Source: a virus
Taxonomy: Duplodnaviria > Heunggongvirae > Uroviricota > Caudoviricetes
Direction: 5' to 3' (one strand)
Virus record (IMG/VR): IMGVR_UViG_3300033148_007488
Location: 1-64,000 of that record
Length of the DNA: 64,000 bases
Part shown: one piece after another, positions 43,143-52,211 of the stretch
Position numbering within the stretch: position 1 is the stretch's first letter
Layout of the letters: every line of letters begins with the position of its first letter
Notes under the pieces: model-generated
What the model was told of the DNA's origin: nothing
Seen by the model: only the letters and a program-made list of their open reading frames with translations
Database searches by the model: none
Position numbers and translations under genes: made by a program

Positions 43143-43489
43143 TTAATGTACTCCTCAATATCTTCAATTTCATTATCACCATACCAGAAGGCGTTGGCCC
43201 AAAGATTGATGATAAAAGAGTCTGCCAGGGAAAGAGTAGAAACGAATTGTATATTCTCAGGATCTATTTTCTCTCCATTTTGTGATTTAACAAGGGAGAT
43301 CAAAAAATCTTTTTTAAAATCCAACTTCAGTCTTATCACAGTTGAAGCGTAAATTTCATGGAACGAATCAAGAACCAAAGCTGAAATGGCACCTGACCCT
43401 TTAAGTTTATTATTTTTGAAAAATGTTTCAGTTGATTTTGATACCCTTGTGGAGATAGTACCTGTTTTGTAGTTACTTTGTGCTTTCAC
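43139..43489 (-). CDS. Hypothetical protein.
   Basis: ORF of 116 aa. Confidence 0.45.
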   Translation of the reverse strand: MKAQSNYKTGTISTRVSKSTETFFKNNKLKGSGAISALVLDSFHEIYASTVIRLKLDFKKDFLISLVKSQNGEKIDPENIQFVSTLSLADSFIINLWANAFWYGDNEIEDIEEYIK

Positions 43490-43492
43490 TTT

Positions 43493-43735
43493 TTACCTCA
43501 TAGTTATTGGTTTAGGAAGATATTCACCAATCAAATCAAAATCATCGTGGTCAATTTTTATGCTTAATTCAGGTGAGTACTCTGCTAATTTCTGTAATTT
43601 TTCAATCTTGGGTCTATTATCTTCGTTGAATTTATCTTCCCAAGCTCTTTTACAAGCTTTAATCACAATCTTTGAGTCTATTTTTATTGATGCCATTATT
43701 CTATCCCTCGTGCGTATTTTAGAGCAGCCAACCAA
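43493..43735 (-). CDS. Hypothetical small protein.
   Basis: ORF of 80 aa. Confidence 0.4.
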   Translation of the reverse strand: MVGCSKIRTRDRIMASIKIDSKIVIKACKRAWEDKFNEDNRPKIEKLQKLAEYSPELSIKIDHDDFDLIGEYLPKPITMR

Positions 43736-44202
43736 ATTGCTAAAACAAGCCTGTATTCAATACTGTATTCTGTTTGGAAACCACTGCTATTCATGAATTC
43801 TTTTAGTACTGCTATATCTTTTTCCTCATCCACCACCTGACAAAGTTCCTGTTTTCTATGCGCATCGTTCCATCCATTTGAATAGTAATGTTTGGGCGTG
43901 GGATTATCATGTTTAAAAATTTCTGAAAAATGTAGCCAAGATTCTTCCAATGTCAACGGCTCCTTGATTTCTGTGAGGAATGAATGTGGAAGTTTGCCTA
44001 AATCCCGATGTACAACAAGGTCATCATCTGACCTGAAAGCAAAAGTCCCATCATCGTTTTTTGTGCAAATACTGCCATCCCACCCGGATTCCTCTAAATT
44101 TGCTACAAGACTTACATTTTCCTTAGTAGTCTCAGAATAAATTATTTTAAATCGATATTTCGTCATCTCTTCGCCTATATAAAAAGTTAATAAGTTCAAC
44201 AT
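43696..44202 (-). CDS. Hypothetical protein.
   Basis: ORF of 168 aa. Confidence 0.45.
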   Translation of the reverse strand: MLNLLTFYIGEEMTKYRFKIIYSETTKENVSLVANLEESGWDGSICTKNDDGTFAFRSDDDLVVHRDLGKLPHSFLTEIKEPLTLEESWLHFSEIFKHDNPTPKHYYSNGWNDAHRKQELCQVVDEEKDIAVLKEFMNSSGFQTEYSIEYRLVLAIWLAALKYARGIE

Positions 44203-44318
44203 TAAAATGCGGTTTGTTTATCGTGTGGAGACTACTTTGTTCCAGTGCTTATGATTGACCATGAAATCTTTTCGTTAAATTCTTCCTGAATCCAATCAGC
44301 GATTAATTCTTCACGTTC

Positions 44319-44612
44319 CTATTCCGTTTCACAATCTGCAAGCTCGCCGTCATCAATATCGATTTCGTGTGGTCTTAGACCTCCTGCATAACCGTCATCA
44401 ACCTGCCATATTACTTTCATTTTATCTCCTATTAAAATCAAGTTTCGGATTTCACTCATTGGTTTAGCGTCACATATCCAGATATTTACATTTTTCCAAA
44501 CACCCATGATTCTCGTGACTTCTTTTTTCGTTGCCAAGCGGTACATGATCCCAGTTTTAAGGTATGTATCTAGCTGAAATTGACTTGAGAAGTTTAAACG
44601 CTTAGTTTTCAT
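44319..44612 (-). CDS. Hypothetical protein.
   Basis: ORF of 97 aa. Confidence 0.45.
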   Translation of the reverse strand: MKTKRLNFSSQFQLDTYLKTGIMYRLATKKEVTRIMGVWKNVNIWICDAKPMSEIRNLILIGDKMKVIWQVDDGYAGGLRPHEIDIDDGELADCETE

Positions 44613-44657
44613 GCTTTTCCCACTTTAAAATTAAAGAAAGCCCCAGATGGCTACAAA

Positions 44658-44852
44658 TTAAATTCCTGCAAAATCATAAAGGAAATCACGATCAACCGTG
44701 TACCATTTGCCAGCCTTTCTAAAACCGTCAATAGCTACCTTAAAAGCATATCCTTTAGCTTCCTCATGCATACAAACAACTGATTGCCCACAAAGTTGCT
44801 CAAGTGCTTTGAAAAGTATGTCGAAGTTTGACATGATATCTCCCGTTAGCAA
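44658..44852 (-). CDS. Hypothetical small protein.
   Basis: ORF of 64 aa. It is the first gene of the long minus-strand block and is divergent from the lysin gene. Confidence 0.4.
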   Translation of the reverse strand: MLTGDIMSNFDILFKALEQLCGQSVVCMHEEAKGYAFKVAIDGFRKAGKWYTVDRDFLYDFAGI

Positions 44853-44900
44853 GTGATGTTAAGATCGTTTTTGCCTTAACTTGATCCCACTATTTCAAAA

Positions 44901-44930
44901 TGTAAACATTATGTCAAACAAAATGTTTAC
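44901..44930. promoter_or_regulatory. A 30-bp element, GTAAACATTATGTCAAACAAAATGTTTACA, containing the 9-bp inverted repeat TGTAAACAT/ATGTTTACA. An identical copy lies at 29346..29375.
   Basis: Exact 30-nt identity at two divergent-promoter intergenic regions. Confidence 0.5.
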
Positions 44931-44944
44931 ATTTATTAAAACTT

Positions 44945-44973
44945 TTGACAAATATTTTATACAGCACTATATT
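44945..44973 (+). promoter_or_regulatory. Sigma70-type promoter: TTGACA, 17-nt spacer, TATATT.
   Basis: TTGACA at 44945-44950 and TATATT at 44968-44973, about 20 nt upstream of the lysin ATG. Confidence 0.5.
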
Positions 44974-44993
44974 TATTGAAAAAAGGAGATGCT

Positions 44994-45803
44994 ATGAAAA
45001 TAATTTTAATTCTATTTTTACTAATAAAACCACTTTATGCTTTAGAAATACCTGAAAATAAACGTGTGGATCATTGGGTTCAGAGATTTACAGGTGACAA
45101 AAAAGAATTCTTCCAGAGATCATTAACAAGGTCTGGATTATACAGAGAGAAAATAAAATCAGTTTTTAAAAAAGAAGGGATTCCAGAAGAACTTTCTTGG
45201 CTACCTTTGATCGAGTCAGGATTTAATTGTTCAGCAGACAGCAAAGCAAAAGCGGCAGGATGCTGGCAATTTATCCCAATGACAGGGGAAGCTTTCGGTC
45301 TTAAAAAGGATTCGTGGACAGATCAAAGATATGATTTCAATAAATCAACAATAGCGGCTGCAAAGTATTTAAAACAACTTAACAAACAGTTCAAAGATTG
45401 GGATTTGGTACTTGCAGCTTATAATACCGGGCCTACAAACGTAATAAAAGCGATTAAAAAGAAAGGAAGGAATTATTGGGATTTGGAACTATACGAAGAG
45501 ACAATGAATTACGTCCCTCAACTTTATGCGGTCATCAAAATAACTCAGAATCTTAGAGAATACGGCTTTAAAGAGCCTAAAAATAATCTTACTGTAGTTC
45601 ACTTAAAAGAGGGAATCCATAACCTTAAATATATTGCGGGGAACATTTTAAGAGTAGATTATGACGTTTTCAAACGATTAAATCCAGGATATAAACTTGG
45701 ATATACCCCGCCAAATGAAGTAACAAAGATTTATCTTATGAGAGATTGGGATATCTCTTTACTCAGGGGGTTTGGATTTTTAGCTAAAAGCTCCCAGAAT
45801 TAA
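44994..45803 (+). CDS. Secreted lytic transglycosylase (SLT domain) with a Sec signal peptide. It is a candidate endolysin or virion-associated murein hydrolase.
   Basis: The signal peptide is MKIILILFLLIKPLYA|LE. The SLT motifs are 'LIESGFNCSADSKAKAAGCWQFIPMTGEAFGL' (ES.F.....S.AGA.G.mQ..p.T) and 'AAYNTGPTNV' (AYNaG.g.v). The track ORF starts at a TTG at 44976; the ATG at 44994 has AAGGAG 8 nt upstream. Confidence 0.65.
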   Translation: MKIILILFLLIKPLYALEIPENKRVDHWVQRFTGDKKEFFQRSLTRSGLYREKIKSVFKKEGIPEELSWLPLIESGFNCSADSKAKAAGCWQFIPMTGEAFGLKKDSWTDQRYDFNKSTIAAAKYLKQLNKQFKDWDLVLAAYNTGPTNVIKAIKKKGRNYWDLELYEETMNYVPQLYAVIKITQNLREYGFKEPKNNLTVVHLKEGIHNLKYIAGNILRVDYDVFKRLNPGYKLGYTPPNEVTKIYLMRDWDISLLRGFGFLAKSSQN

Positions 45804-45821
45804 CTAATTTCAATTATGTTT

Positions 45822-46508
45822 TTAAGGAACAACATCAAACCCAATAGATGGAGTTTGAGAAAAAGCGATCTTCTTTTTTACTGTCTGAGTTTTTCCATCC
45901 TTTGTCTCTGCTGTAATTTTCATATCCACAAAATTTGAAGTGAAAGTAGTTGTCTCATCTCCTGACAAAAATATCCTGAATATTTGGAATGTATCTCCTT
46001 GAGCTACGAGTTTAACCTGTTCATTCCCACCAGCTACCCCATCTCCTCTATCTGCGATATCAGAAGTCGCTTTGTAGATATAAACATCCATATCAGAGAA
46101 TTCAACGGCAACATTCAAATTTTGTGAATTAGTATCAATCCTGATTTCCGGTTCAAATGAGTCTCCTTTATTGATTCCCAATTTAGAAACATCTACATCA
46201 AAAGGGACTGAGAAAAAGCACCTTGGATCTTCACCTTCGAAAGTGTCAACATCACTTTGAATGGCCGATAATTGATTTTCCATTGTCCAAGTGTATTCTT
46301 CATACTCTGTAGGAATGTCATCAAGGTTGGCGTAAGGCCATTGAAACATTCCTGAAGTCCCCATTTCTGTACATACTTTATCACCTGCAAGAGCAGGGGT
46401 TACGTTAACTCTATCCTTATCAAATATCTCCAGAATATTTACCGTGTCACCTGTGATGAATCTTGCTTGAGCGTTAGATTTGTTTATGTCTTTTAATTTT
46501 AGATTCAT
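45822..46508 (-). CDS. Tail-fibre-associated structural protein (the distal or adaptor gene downstream of the fibre).
   Basis: ORF of 228 aa, translationally adjacent to the tail fibre gene. It is beta-rich. Confidence 0.4.
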   Translation of the reverse strand: MNLKLKDINKSNAQARFITGDTVNILEIFDKDRVNVTPALAGDKVCTEMGTSGMFQWPYANLDDIPTEYEEYTWTMENQLSAIQSDVDTFEGEDPRCFFSVPFDVDVSKLGINKGDSFEPEIRIDTNSQNLNVAVEFSDMDVYIYKATSDIADRGDGVAGGNEQVKLVAQGDTFQIFRIFLSGDETTTFTSNFVDMKITAETKDGKTQTVKKKIAFSQTPSIGFDVVP

Positions 46509-46525
46509 TTATAACCTTTAATTTA

Positions 46526-49500
46526 TCAGAATTGAATAGTTCCTGTTTGTCCTATTCTGGGACGAAAATCTACTATGGACTCTATAGAAGTGGAACTTCC
46601 TGTCAATATGATATTGCACACCGCTATAACACCAGATGCCGCTTGACTAACAAATACACCATAATTGGCAGGTGCTGCTTGTGCTGCTGCTAATGAACCA
46701 TATTCTGTATCGCTATAAATCAGAAAAAACTGATCGTCTTCTTTGGGGCCTTTCAGCAATGTGTGCGCACCGTGCTTGCTTGGACCGAGTCCGACTATAT
46801 CTGTTCCATTGTCGTAAAACTTGGGAATCACGAGCGTTGCCTGCGTCTGGACTGACCATGAACCAGATACGTGATAGACCGCTTTTGCTTCAATATCAGC
46901 ACTTACTGGAATTTCTATCCTGTTTCTTTGCGCTGAATACATAATACCTGCCGTCTGGTCTAGCTGAAGGGCGGTTGAACTTTCATTATATATCCCCCCA
47001 GAATTATACAAGGCACCAATCGCTTCTTCTTGCCATAATCGTTGCAAATATCCATTTTCTGAAATGATGAATCTTTGATCAATTGGAGTTATTAAGGTTG
47101 ATCCTGGACCTGTTTGGCCTTGGACTGCCTGCAATCGTGCGAGAGGTAAAATCGTCTGTTTTTGGATATTAGTCCATTTAGTTTCACTATATACAAGTCC
47201 ACTGGCATCAAAACCGACAAAAGTACTACTATCCCCTGCGCCAATTGTGGGAGAAATGGCTGTTCCTCCGGCATATACATACCTTACACCTTTGATATAA
47301 TAAATACCGTTGTCTATATCTATTTTTGTTGGGTCTGCGTTAAGTTCTACAAGTCCAGTGCCATTTACTATTCCCGTTGCGGCCAGGTCATCAGTGCTCT
47401 TTGAAGCTTCACTTATTTCGGCTATTCCCCCATTTTCTACGGTTCTTGTTCCTATAACTGACTGAGTGCTCAATCGAAGTGTTGCACCATTTGATATATC
47501 CCATGCTGTATCGGCAGTAATAGTAGAAGTGGTTAAATTTACACTCCCACCAGTTACTTTTATTCCAGTCGTTGTAGTTGGTGTTCCATCTTCTGTTATT
47601 AAGTCTACGGTTCCAGTGACTTCACCAACATCGCATTGAATAGCGATACCACTGTTTCCTACAATACCTGAATGATTTACAAGCAGATGCATGTGGCCTG
47701 TTCCTGTGTTGCGAATACCTATCCCATTCAATGGCGTTTTTACTTTTCGGGCAAAGATAGTCAAAACACTGGCTGAACCTGAATTTAATACTCCTGTTTC
47801 CCCGTCTGGAGTATTTACAAAACAACAATCAACATACGCACTACCACTTACCGTACTTTTTATTATTTTATCTACTGTGCAAATTCTGGTAGAAGTATTG
47901 TTACCTGGCGTTAAAACACCATCTAGCACCGCAGATTGCGCCTTAATATCAATCCAATCACTTGTGACAACATCCTCACTATACACCCCTGCATCATTAC
48001 AATAAAGAACAAATCTATTTGTTGAAGTGGGTGTCTGTGTTGAAGCTTCGGTAATTGCTGCTCCAAATGTTAGAAAAGCTTTATCAGGTGATAATCCACT
48101 GTTTGAATCATTGCCATGCTTTCCGACAAAATATACATGATCGTGGGGGAGGTCTAATCCTGCAAGCTTTGTCTTATCTGCAAGTGGATAGTAAAGGTTT
48201 GTTCCCTCTGTAACATCATCAGTGTCAAGAGTGACAATACCAATTTGTCCATTTACGGATTGAACGATGTCCTCAGAAGGTATTTTCTCCCAAATTGTGC
48301 CATTATAAATTAAAAAATCACCTGGCAGTACCGTAATTGATCCGCTACCAAAATCTCTTGATCCACCAACCGAACATCTGTAAGCGTCTCCGTTGTCTCC
48401 TGTCCCATCAATTAGGGCAGGGGTATTCGTGACAATGTTATAGGCCCCTTTGTATTCCATGACAGAAGCAGGAAGCTGACTAGCAGGTATTTTGCTCCCA
48501 GAATCCAAAGTGGCCACACCATTTGCGGAACCTTTTTGCGAAAGTGGAACCTGTTGAAGATTGTCAACATTACTAAGTCCAATTTCTGTTTTTGTGACTA
48601 CGTGAGGATTTCCTGTGACTACAGAACGGTGAGTATTGTTTAAGACAACATCTGAGTGATTTTTCCCATCTGATCCACGATGAGTTGTATTTGATGCAAC
48701 GTCAGAATGGTCGGACCCACTTCCAGAACGGTGACTATTATTAGAGACAACATCGGAATGGTTCTTCCCATCAGATGACCTATGGGCGGTATTTGCAGCT
48801 ACATTGGTATTGGCGTTGACTCTCGATTCAGTGTAATATTTATTTGCAGCTTCAGAAACGTCATCTGTGTTTAATGTGACTACACCTACCTTACCAGCCA
48901 CAGATTGGACTAAATCAGAAGATGGGATATCTTCCCAAATAGTTCCATTATATATGAGAGAATCCCCTTCAGCTACAGTTACGTTTCCAGAACCGAAATC
49001 TCTTGTTCCAGCCGTAGAGCATTTATAATAATCACCGTTAGTACCCGTTCCGTCTATAACAGTTGGAGTATTAGTGATAATATCATAAGTTCCTAAATAA
49101 TTTTGTGGGGATGTTGGAATGTGGATAGTTGGAACCTTTCCAGCACCATCCAAAGGAGTATATCCATTAGATTGCCCTTTATCCGCTACATTCTCAGGAG
49201 TGAATCCAAGGGCATCTTCTTTTCCGTTCCAAGCCGTCTTTTCTGCATCCGTAACAAAACGGTTATTTACATCCTGAGTAATTATTGCAGGTGGATGATT
49301 TGCTGGGTGAGAATAATTATTTGCGTTGTCGTCTATATCAACAAGTTTAGATTCTTCTTCTGTAGTATAACTGGCTGTATCACCATCGAGAATAGATTTA
49401 TTGCTATGAGTGTGATCAGGAACTACCGTTGACCATTCTGTGTCACTCTCTGCATCTGTTTTTTTTACTAAATGTTGTCCAGTAGTTCCGCCAGAGGGTA

Positions 49501-49531
49501 ATTCTTTAGGTGATAGGGTGCTTCTTCCCAT
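46526..49531 (-). CDS. Tail fibre protein (1001 aa).
   Basis: It has N-terminal His-containing short repeats (HRSSDGKNHSDVVSNNSHRSGSGSDHSDVASNTTHRGSDGKNHSDVV..). A ~90-aa domain is duplicated, each copy ending in the motif 'VQSV.G..G.VTL.TDDV.E' common in phage fibres. The C-terminal region is long and Gly/Thr/Ser-rich. Confidence 0.7.
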   Translation of the reverse strand: MGRSTLSPKELPSGGTTGQHLVKKTDAESDTEWSTVVPDHTHSNKSILDGDTASYTTEEESKLVDIDDNANNYSHPANHPPAIITQDVNNRFVTDAEKTAWNGKEDALGFTPENVADKGQSNGYTPLDGAGKVPTIHIPTSPQNYLGTYDIITNTPTVIDGTGTNGDYYKCSTAGTRDFGSGNVTVAEGDSLIYNGTIWEDIPSSDLVQSVAGKVGVVTLNTDDVSEAANKYYTESRVNANTNVAANTAHRSSDGKNHSDVVSNNSHRSGSGSDHSDVASNTTHRGSDGKNHSDVVLNNTHRSVVTGNPHVVTKTEIGLSNVDNLQQVPLSQKGSANGVATLDSGSKIPASQLPASVMEYKGAYNIVTNTPALIDGTGDNGDAYRCSVGGSRDFGSGSITVLPGDFLIYNGTIWEKIPSEDIVQSVNGQIGIVTLDTDDVTEGTNLYYPLADKTKLAGLDLPHDHVYFVGKHGNDSNSGLSPDKAFLTFGAAITEASTQTPTSTNRFVLYCNDAGVYSEDVVTSDWIDIKAQSAVLDGVLTPGNNTSTRICTVDKIIKSTVSGSAYVDCCFVNTPDGETGVLNSGSASVLTIFARKVKTPLNGIGIRNTGTGHMHLLVNHSGIVGNSGIAIQCDVGEVTGTVDLITEDGTPTTTTGIKVTGGSVNLTTSTITADTAWDISNGATLRLSTQSVIGTRTVENGGIAEISEASKSTDDLAATGIVNGTGLVELNADPTKIDIDNGIYYIKGVRYVYAGGTAISPTIGAGDSSTFVGFDASGLVYSETKWTNIQKQTILPLARLQAVQGQTGPGSTLITPIDQRFIISENGYLQRLWQEEAIGALYNSGGIYNESSTALQLDQTAGIMYSAQRNRIEIPVSADIEAKAVYHVSGSWSVQTQATLVIPKFYDNGTDIVGLGPSKHGAHTLLKGPKEDDQFFLIYSDTEYGSLAAAQAAPANYGVFVSQAASGVIAVCNIILTGSSTSIESIVDFRPRIGQTGTIQF

Positions 49532-49537
49532 TATTTA

Positions 49538-49585
49538 TCTCTATTATGTGGTTGCGTCTCCTTGATGACCAACATAATAGAGGGG
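49538..49585 (-). promoter_or_regulatory. Hairpin of 11 bp or more (CTCTATTATGT / ACATAATAGAG) between 49597..49809 and the tail-fibre start. Its loop contains AAGGAGACGCAA.
   Basis: The inverted repeat is visible in the sequence, about 10 nt upstream of the tail-fibre ATG region. Confidence 0.3.
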
Positions 49586-49596
49586 AAAAGCCATTG

Positions 49597-49809
49597 TCAA
49601 AGCGTGTTAGCGTGTTCAACTAATTTTTGAGCTACTTTATCATCGTTAAGTCTAAGCCTTCCATCTATCCAAGAGAATGAGTAGTCCTCATCTGTGCCAT
49701 ATTTTTCAAATTTGCCACTGTAAGTTGCAAGCTTGGCGAGCTTTTCAAGAGATATTCCTTTTTCTTCCGCTGCGGTTCTTGCTTTAATTTGAGCCTTAGT
49801 TCTTTTCAT
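49597..49809 (-). CDS. Hypothetical small protein.
   Basis: ORF of 70 aa. Confidence 0.45.
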   Translation of the reverse strand: MKRTKAQIKARTAAEEKGISLEKLAKLATYSGKFEKYGTDEDYSFSWIDGRLRLNDDKVAQKLVEHANTL

Positions 49810-49912
49810 GTCTTATATAATTAAAGTTAATTTAAAATCTAATTTTTCTTTAACCAACCATACTGTCTTTCCCCTTTGAAAAGCAAATAGCAATAGGTGA
49901 TATAGTAATCAC

Positions 49913-50614
49913 ATGAATAGACAACCAAAGATTACAAGAAGAGAACAACAAAATTTCTTAAGAGATGAGAACATTAAGTTTCTTCATTTTGCGGTGAGAG
50001 TTTGCCCTTGTGATGGTGTTGGTTGTTCAAATTGTAACAATACAATGAAATATTTTGATGATCCAGTCCCAATGAGAGGAGCAATCACAAGTGGAATGAA
50101 CTCAAAGAAAAAAGAGGCTCAACTTCCAACTGTGAATAAAGGGTCATATAAATTGTTAGTTGAACCAAGACATAGATTCGTTAAGGGTGATCGTATTATT
50201 CCTTTTGGGATGAGAGAATTTGAAGATATTGATGAAAAATTACCATCTTCAGATCCTCTTTTAACTTTTATCCCAATTAATCCAAGAGGTGTGGCAATTA
50301 GTTTCATCGGGGTAGATGGGGTTATTGATTTCAGGCCGATTCAGGATTTCACGATCAGAAAACAACTTTATGGGAGAGTCCCTTTATATTCAAAAGAAAT
50401 CAACTGGGAAATTGATCCTCCTGGTGAACATTTTTCAGCCAGATACAGTTACTACCCTGAATTTGAAATCGATGAAATACCATCGGCAAATTTAAGCCAA
50501 GGACAACTTTTGATTCAGCAATTAGACCTTAAGAAAATTACTATCAATGATGTTAAAAAGCAGAAATCTAATGAGAATACCAGCAAAGCGGCTATAGGGG
50601 TTCAGTATGTATAA
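49913..50614 (+). CDS. Hypothetical protein, the first gene of the morphogenesis module. It has a CPCDGVGCSNC Cys cluster.
   Basis: ORF of 233 aa. Upstream are TTGAAA and TGATATAGT (extended -10-like). Confidence 0.5.
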   Translation: MNRQPKITRREQQNFLRDENIKFLHFAVRVCPCDGVGCSNCNNTMKYFDDPVPMRGAITSGMNSKKKEAQLPTVNKGSYKLLVEPRHRFVKGDRIIPFGMREFEDIDEKLPSSDPLLTFIPINPRGVAISFIGVDGVIDFRPIQDFTIRKQLYGRVPLYSKEINWEIDPPGEHFSARYSYYPEFEIDEIPSANLSQGQLLIQQLDLKKITINDVKKQKSNENTSKAAIGVQYV

Positions 50615-51371
50615 TAGTTTGAACTTCGACATAACAGAATCACAAGAATTGACTGAAGGTGATATTTTCGAATTGGTCAAAAAAAGCTGGGGAAAATCAA
50701 TCCCAAAAGGCTTCGAAAAATTCGAAAAATCAAACCGTGTTAGACGTTACTTAAAAGGGATTGCAGCGGGAGCGCACAGGGATTTTGAGTTGGATAAATT
50801 TTTAGTTAAGAATATTGACTTTAGTTATCTCAAAAGCCCTCAAGGGTCTACGAATTATGATCATGATGGAAGATTAAGAATAGGAAGACCAATCTATGCT
50901 GGTCTCATGAAAGACCCTAAAGATGGCCAGGATAAACTTTATTACAGTACAACGTTGATTGAAAGGAAAGACCATCAAGGGGCGACTTACAAAGATCTTG
51001 ATGATTCTTTGGAAGCGGCTGAAAAAGTTTGGGCCATGCAAAAAGCTTTTGAAGACGATCCTTTAGGTGTTTCCCCTCATGCTTTTTCTGTGGAAGGAGG
51101 AAAGCAGGTCAAAAATGGGGATATTGTTAAATCTCTCATAACAGCGGTTGCTGTAACCCCCCATGCTGTTAACCCTGAAGAATGTACAGTTCAATCGTTT
51201 GCTAAAAGTCTGAAAAAAGGATTTGAAGCAAATCAAGTTTCTCAAATCATAAAAAGTAAAATAAACATTGATGATATAAAATCTCATGTTGATTTTGTTG
51301 AGTTTTGCAAAAGCATCGGTCTTACGGTCGATGAATCTAAACAATTTTATCGCACTGTAAGGAGTTTGTGA
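50607..51371 (+). CDS. Candidate prohead protease.
   Basis: The C-terminal 'HAFSVEGG...SLITAVAVTPHAVNPE' resembles the end of HK97-type prohead protease domains (..Slv..PA.p.a). It sits immediately upstream of scaffold-like and capsid-candidate genes. Confidence 0.4.
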   Translation: MYNSLNFDITESQELTEGDIFELVKKSWGKSIPKGFEKFEKSNRVRRYLKGIAAGAHRDFELDKFLVKNIDFSYLKSPQGSTNYDHDGRLRIGRPIYAGLMKDPKDGQDKLYYSTTLIERKDHQGATYKDLDDSLEAAEKVWAMQKAFEDDPLGVSPHAFSVEGGKQVKNGDIVKSLITAVAVTPHAVNPEECTVQSFAKSLKKGFEANQVSQIIKSKINIDDIKSHVDFVEFCKSIGLTVDESKQFYRTVRSL

Positions 51372-52183
51372 TGACACCAGAAGAACAAGCAGCTTTAGAG
51401 CTGGAAAATGATTCAAACAAAGAAAAATCTGAACTTGCAAAAATTGGCGAAGGTTTGGAGGGAGTTCAAAATCTTCTAAAATCTCAGGTTGAGAAAAAAG
51501 AAAATCCAAAAAAGGAGATTGATTTTGATAAATTGTCCCCTGAAGAGATCGCAGAAAAAATGTCAAAATCGTTCGCTGGTGATAAAGACGGGGCTGTATC
51601 TTTTATCTCTTCTTTTGTCGAACATATGGGAGTAAATGCCCAAGATATGTTTGACGAGGAAGGAGAACCGTTTATTCCAGATGATATGAGAAAATCCTTG
51701 GAAGAGTCCTCAGAAAAAGGAGAGAGGCTTATGTCAGCACTTCTTTATTCACAAGAGGAATCTACAAAGAGAATGCAAAAAGCTAATGAGGTTCTTTTCA
51801 GCACACTTTCAATTTTTGGGAAAAGTATCTCTGGTCTCGTTGGTGAATCTACGAAGATGAATGAAACCGTTGAAGAAATGAAAAAATCGATGGTGACAGG
51901 GCCTCAAAGTGAGCAAGAAATTCCTGACTTAAATGGGAATGCAAATGATCCACTAAGTCAGATCGAACTTGAATCAGGTACACCGAAAATTGATTACACT
52001 ACCTCCATGAATGTTCTCCAAAAGTCTTTTCCTTCAGATGGGACAGTTGATGAACAAACCGCATATCAAGAATACGCTGGTATGGTTGGAAATGAGATCC
52101 CTCTTGAGCAGATTATTCCCACGATGCCTATCGATCACCAAACGGTGGTCAAAGGCAACCTTTTATACATTCAAGGCGTTTAA
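51368..52183 (+). CDS. Scaffolding-like protein (acidic, helical).
   Basis: ORF of 271 aa, strongly acidic and rich in E/K coiled-coil sequence. It lies between protease-like and capsid-candidate genes, matching the T4 gp21-gp22-gp23 order. Confidence 0.5.
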   Translation: MMTPEEQAALELENDSNKEKSELAKIGEGLEGVQNLLKSQVEKKENPKKEIDFDKLSPEEIAEKMSKSFAGDKDGAVSFISSFVEHMGVNAQDMFDEEGEPFIPDDMRKSLEESSEKGERLMSALLYSQEESTKRMQKANEVLFSTLSIFGKSISGLVGESTKMNETVEEMKKSMVTGPQSEQEIPDLNGNANDPLSQIELESGTPKIDYTTSMNVLQKSFPSDGTVDEQTAYQEYAGMVGNEIPLEQIIPTMPIDHQTVVKGNLLYIQGV

Positions 52184-52211
52184 GCCTTCAACCCATTAAT
52201 AAAGGTAAAAA

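Noticed and set aside
44976-44993. Track start of the lysin at 44976.
   Set aside because: The codon at 44976 is TTG. The ATG at 44994 has a canonical AAGGAG at proper spacing and yields a clean signal peptide.
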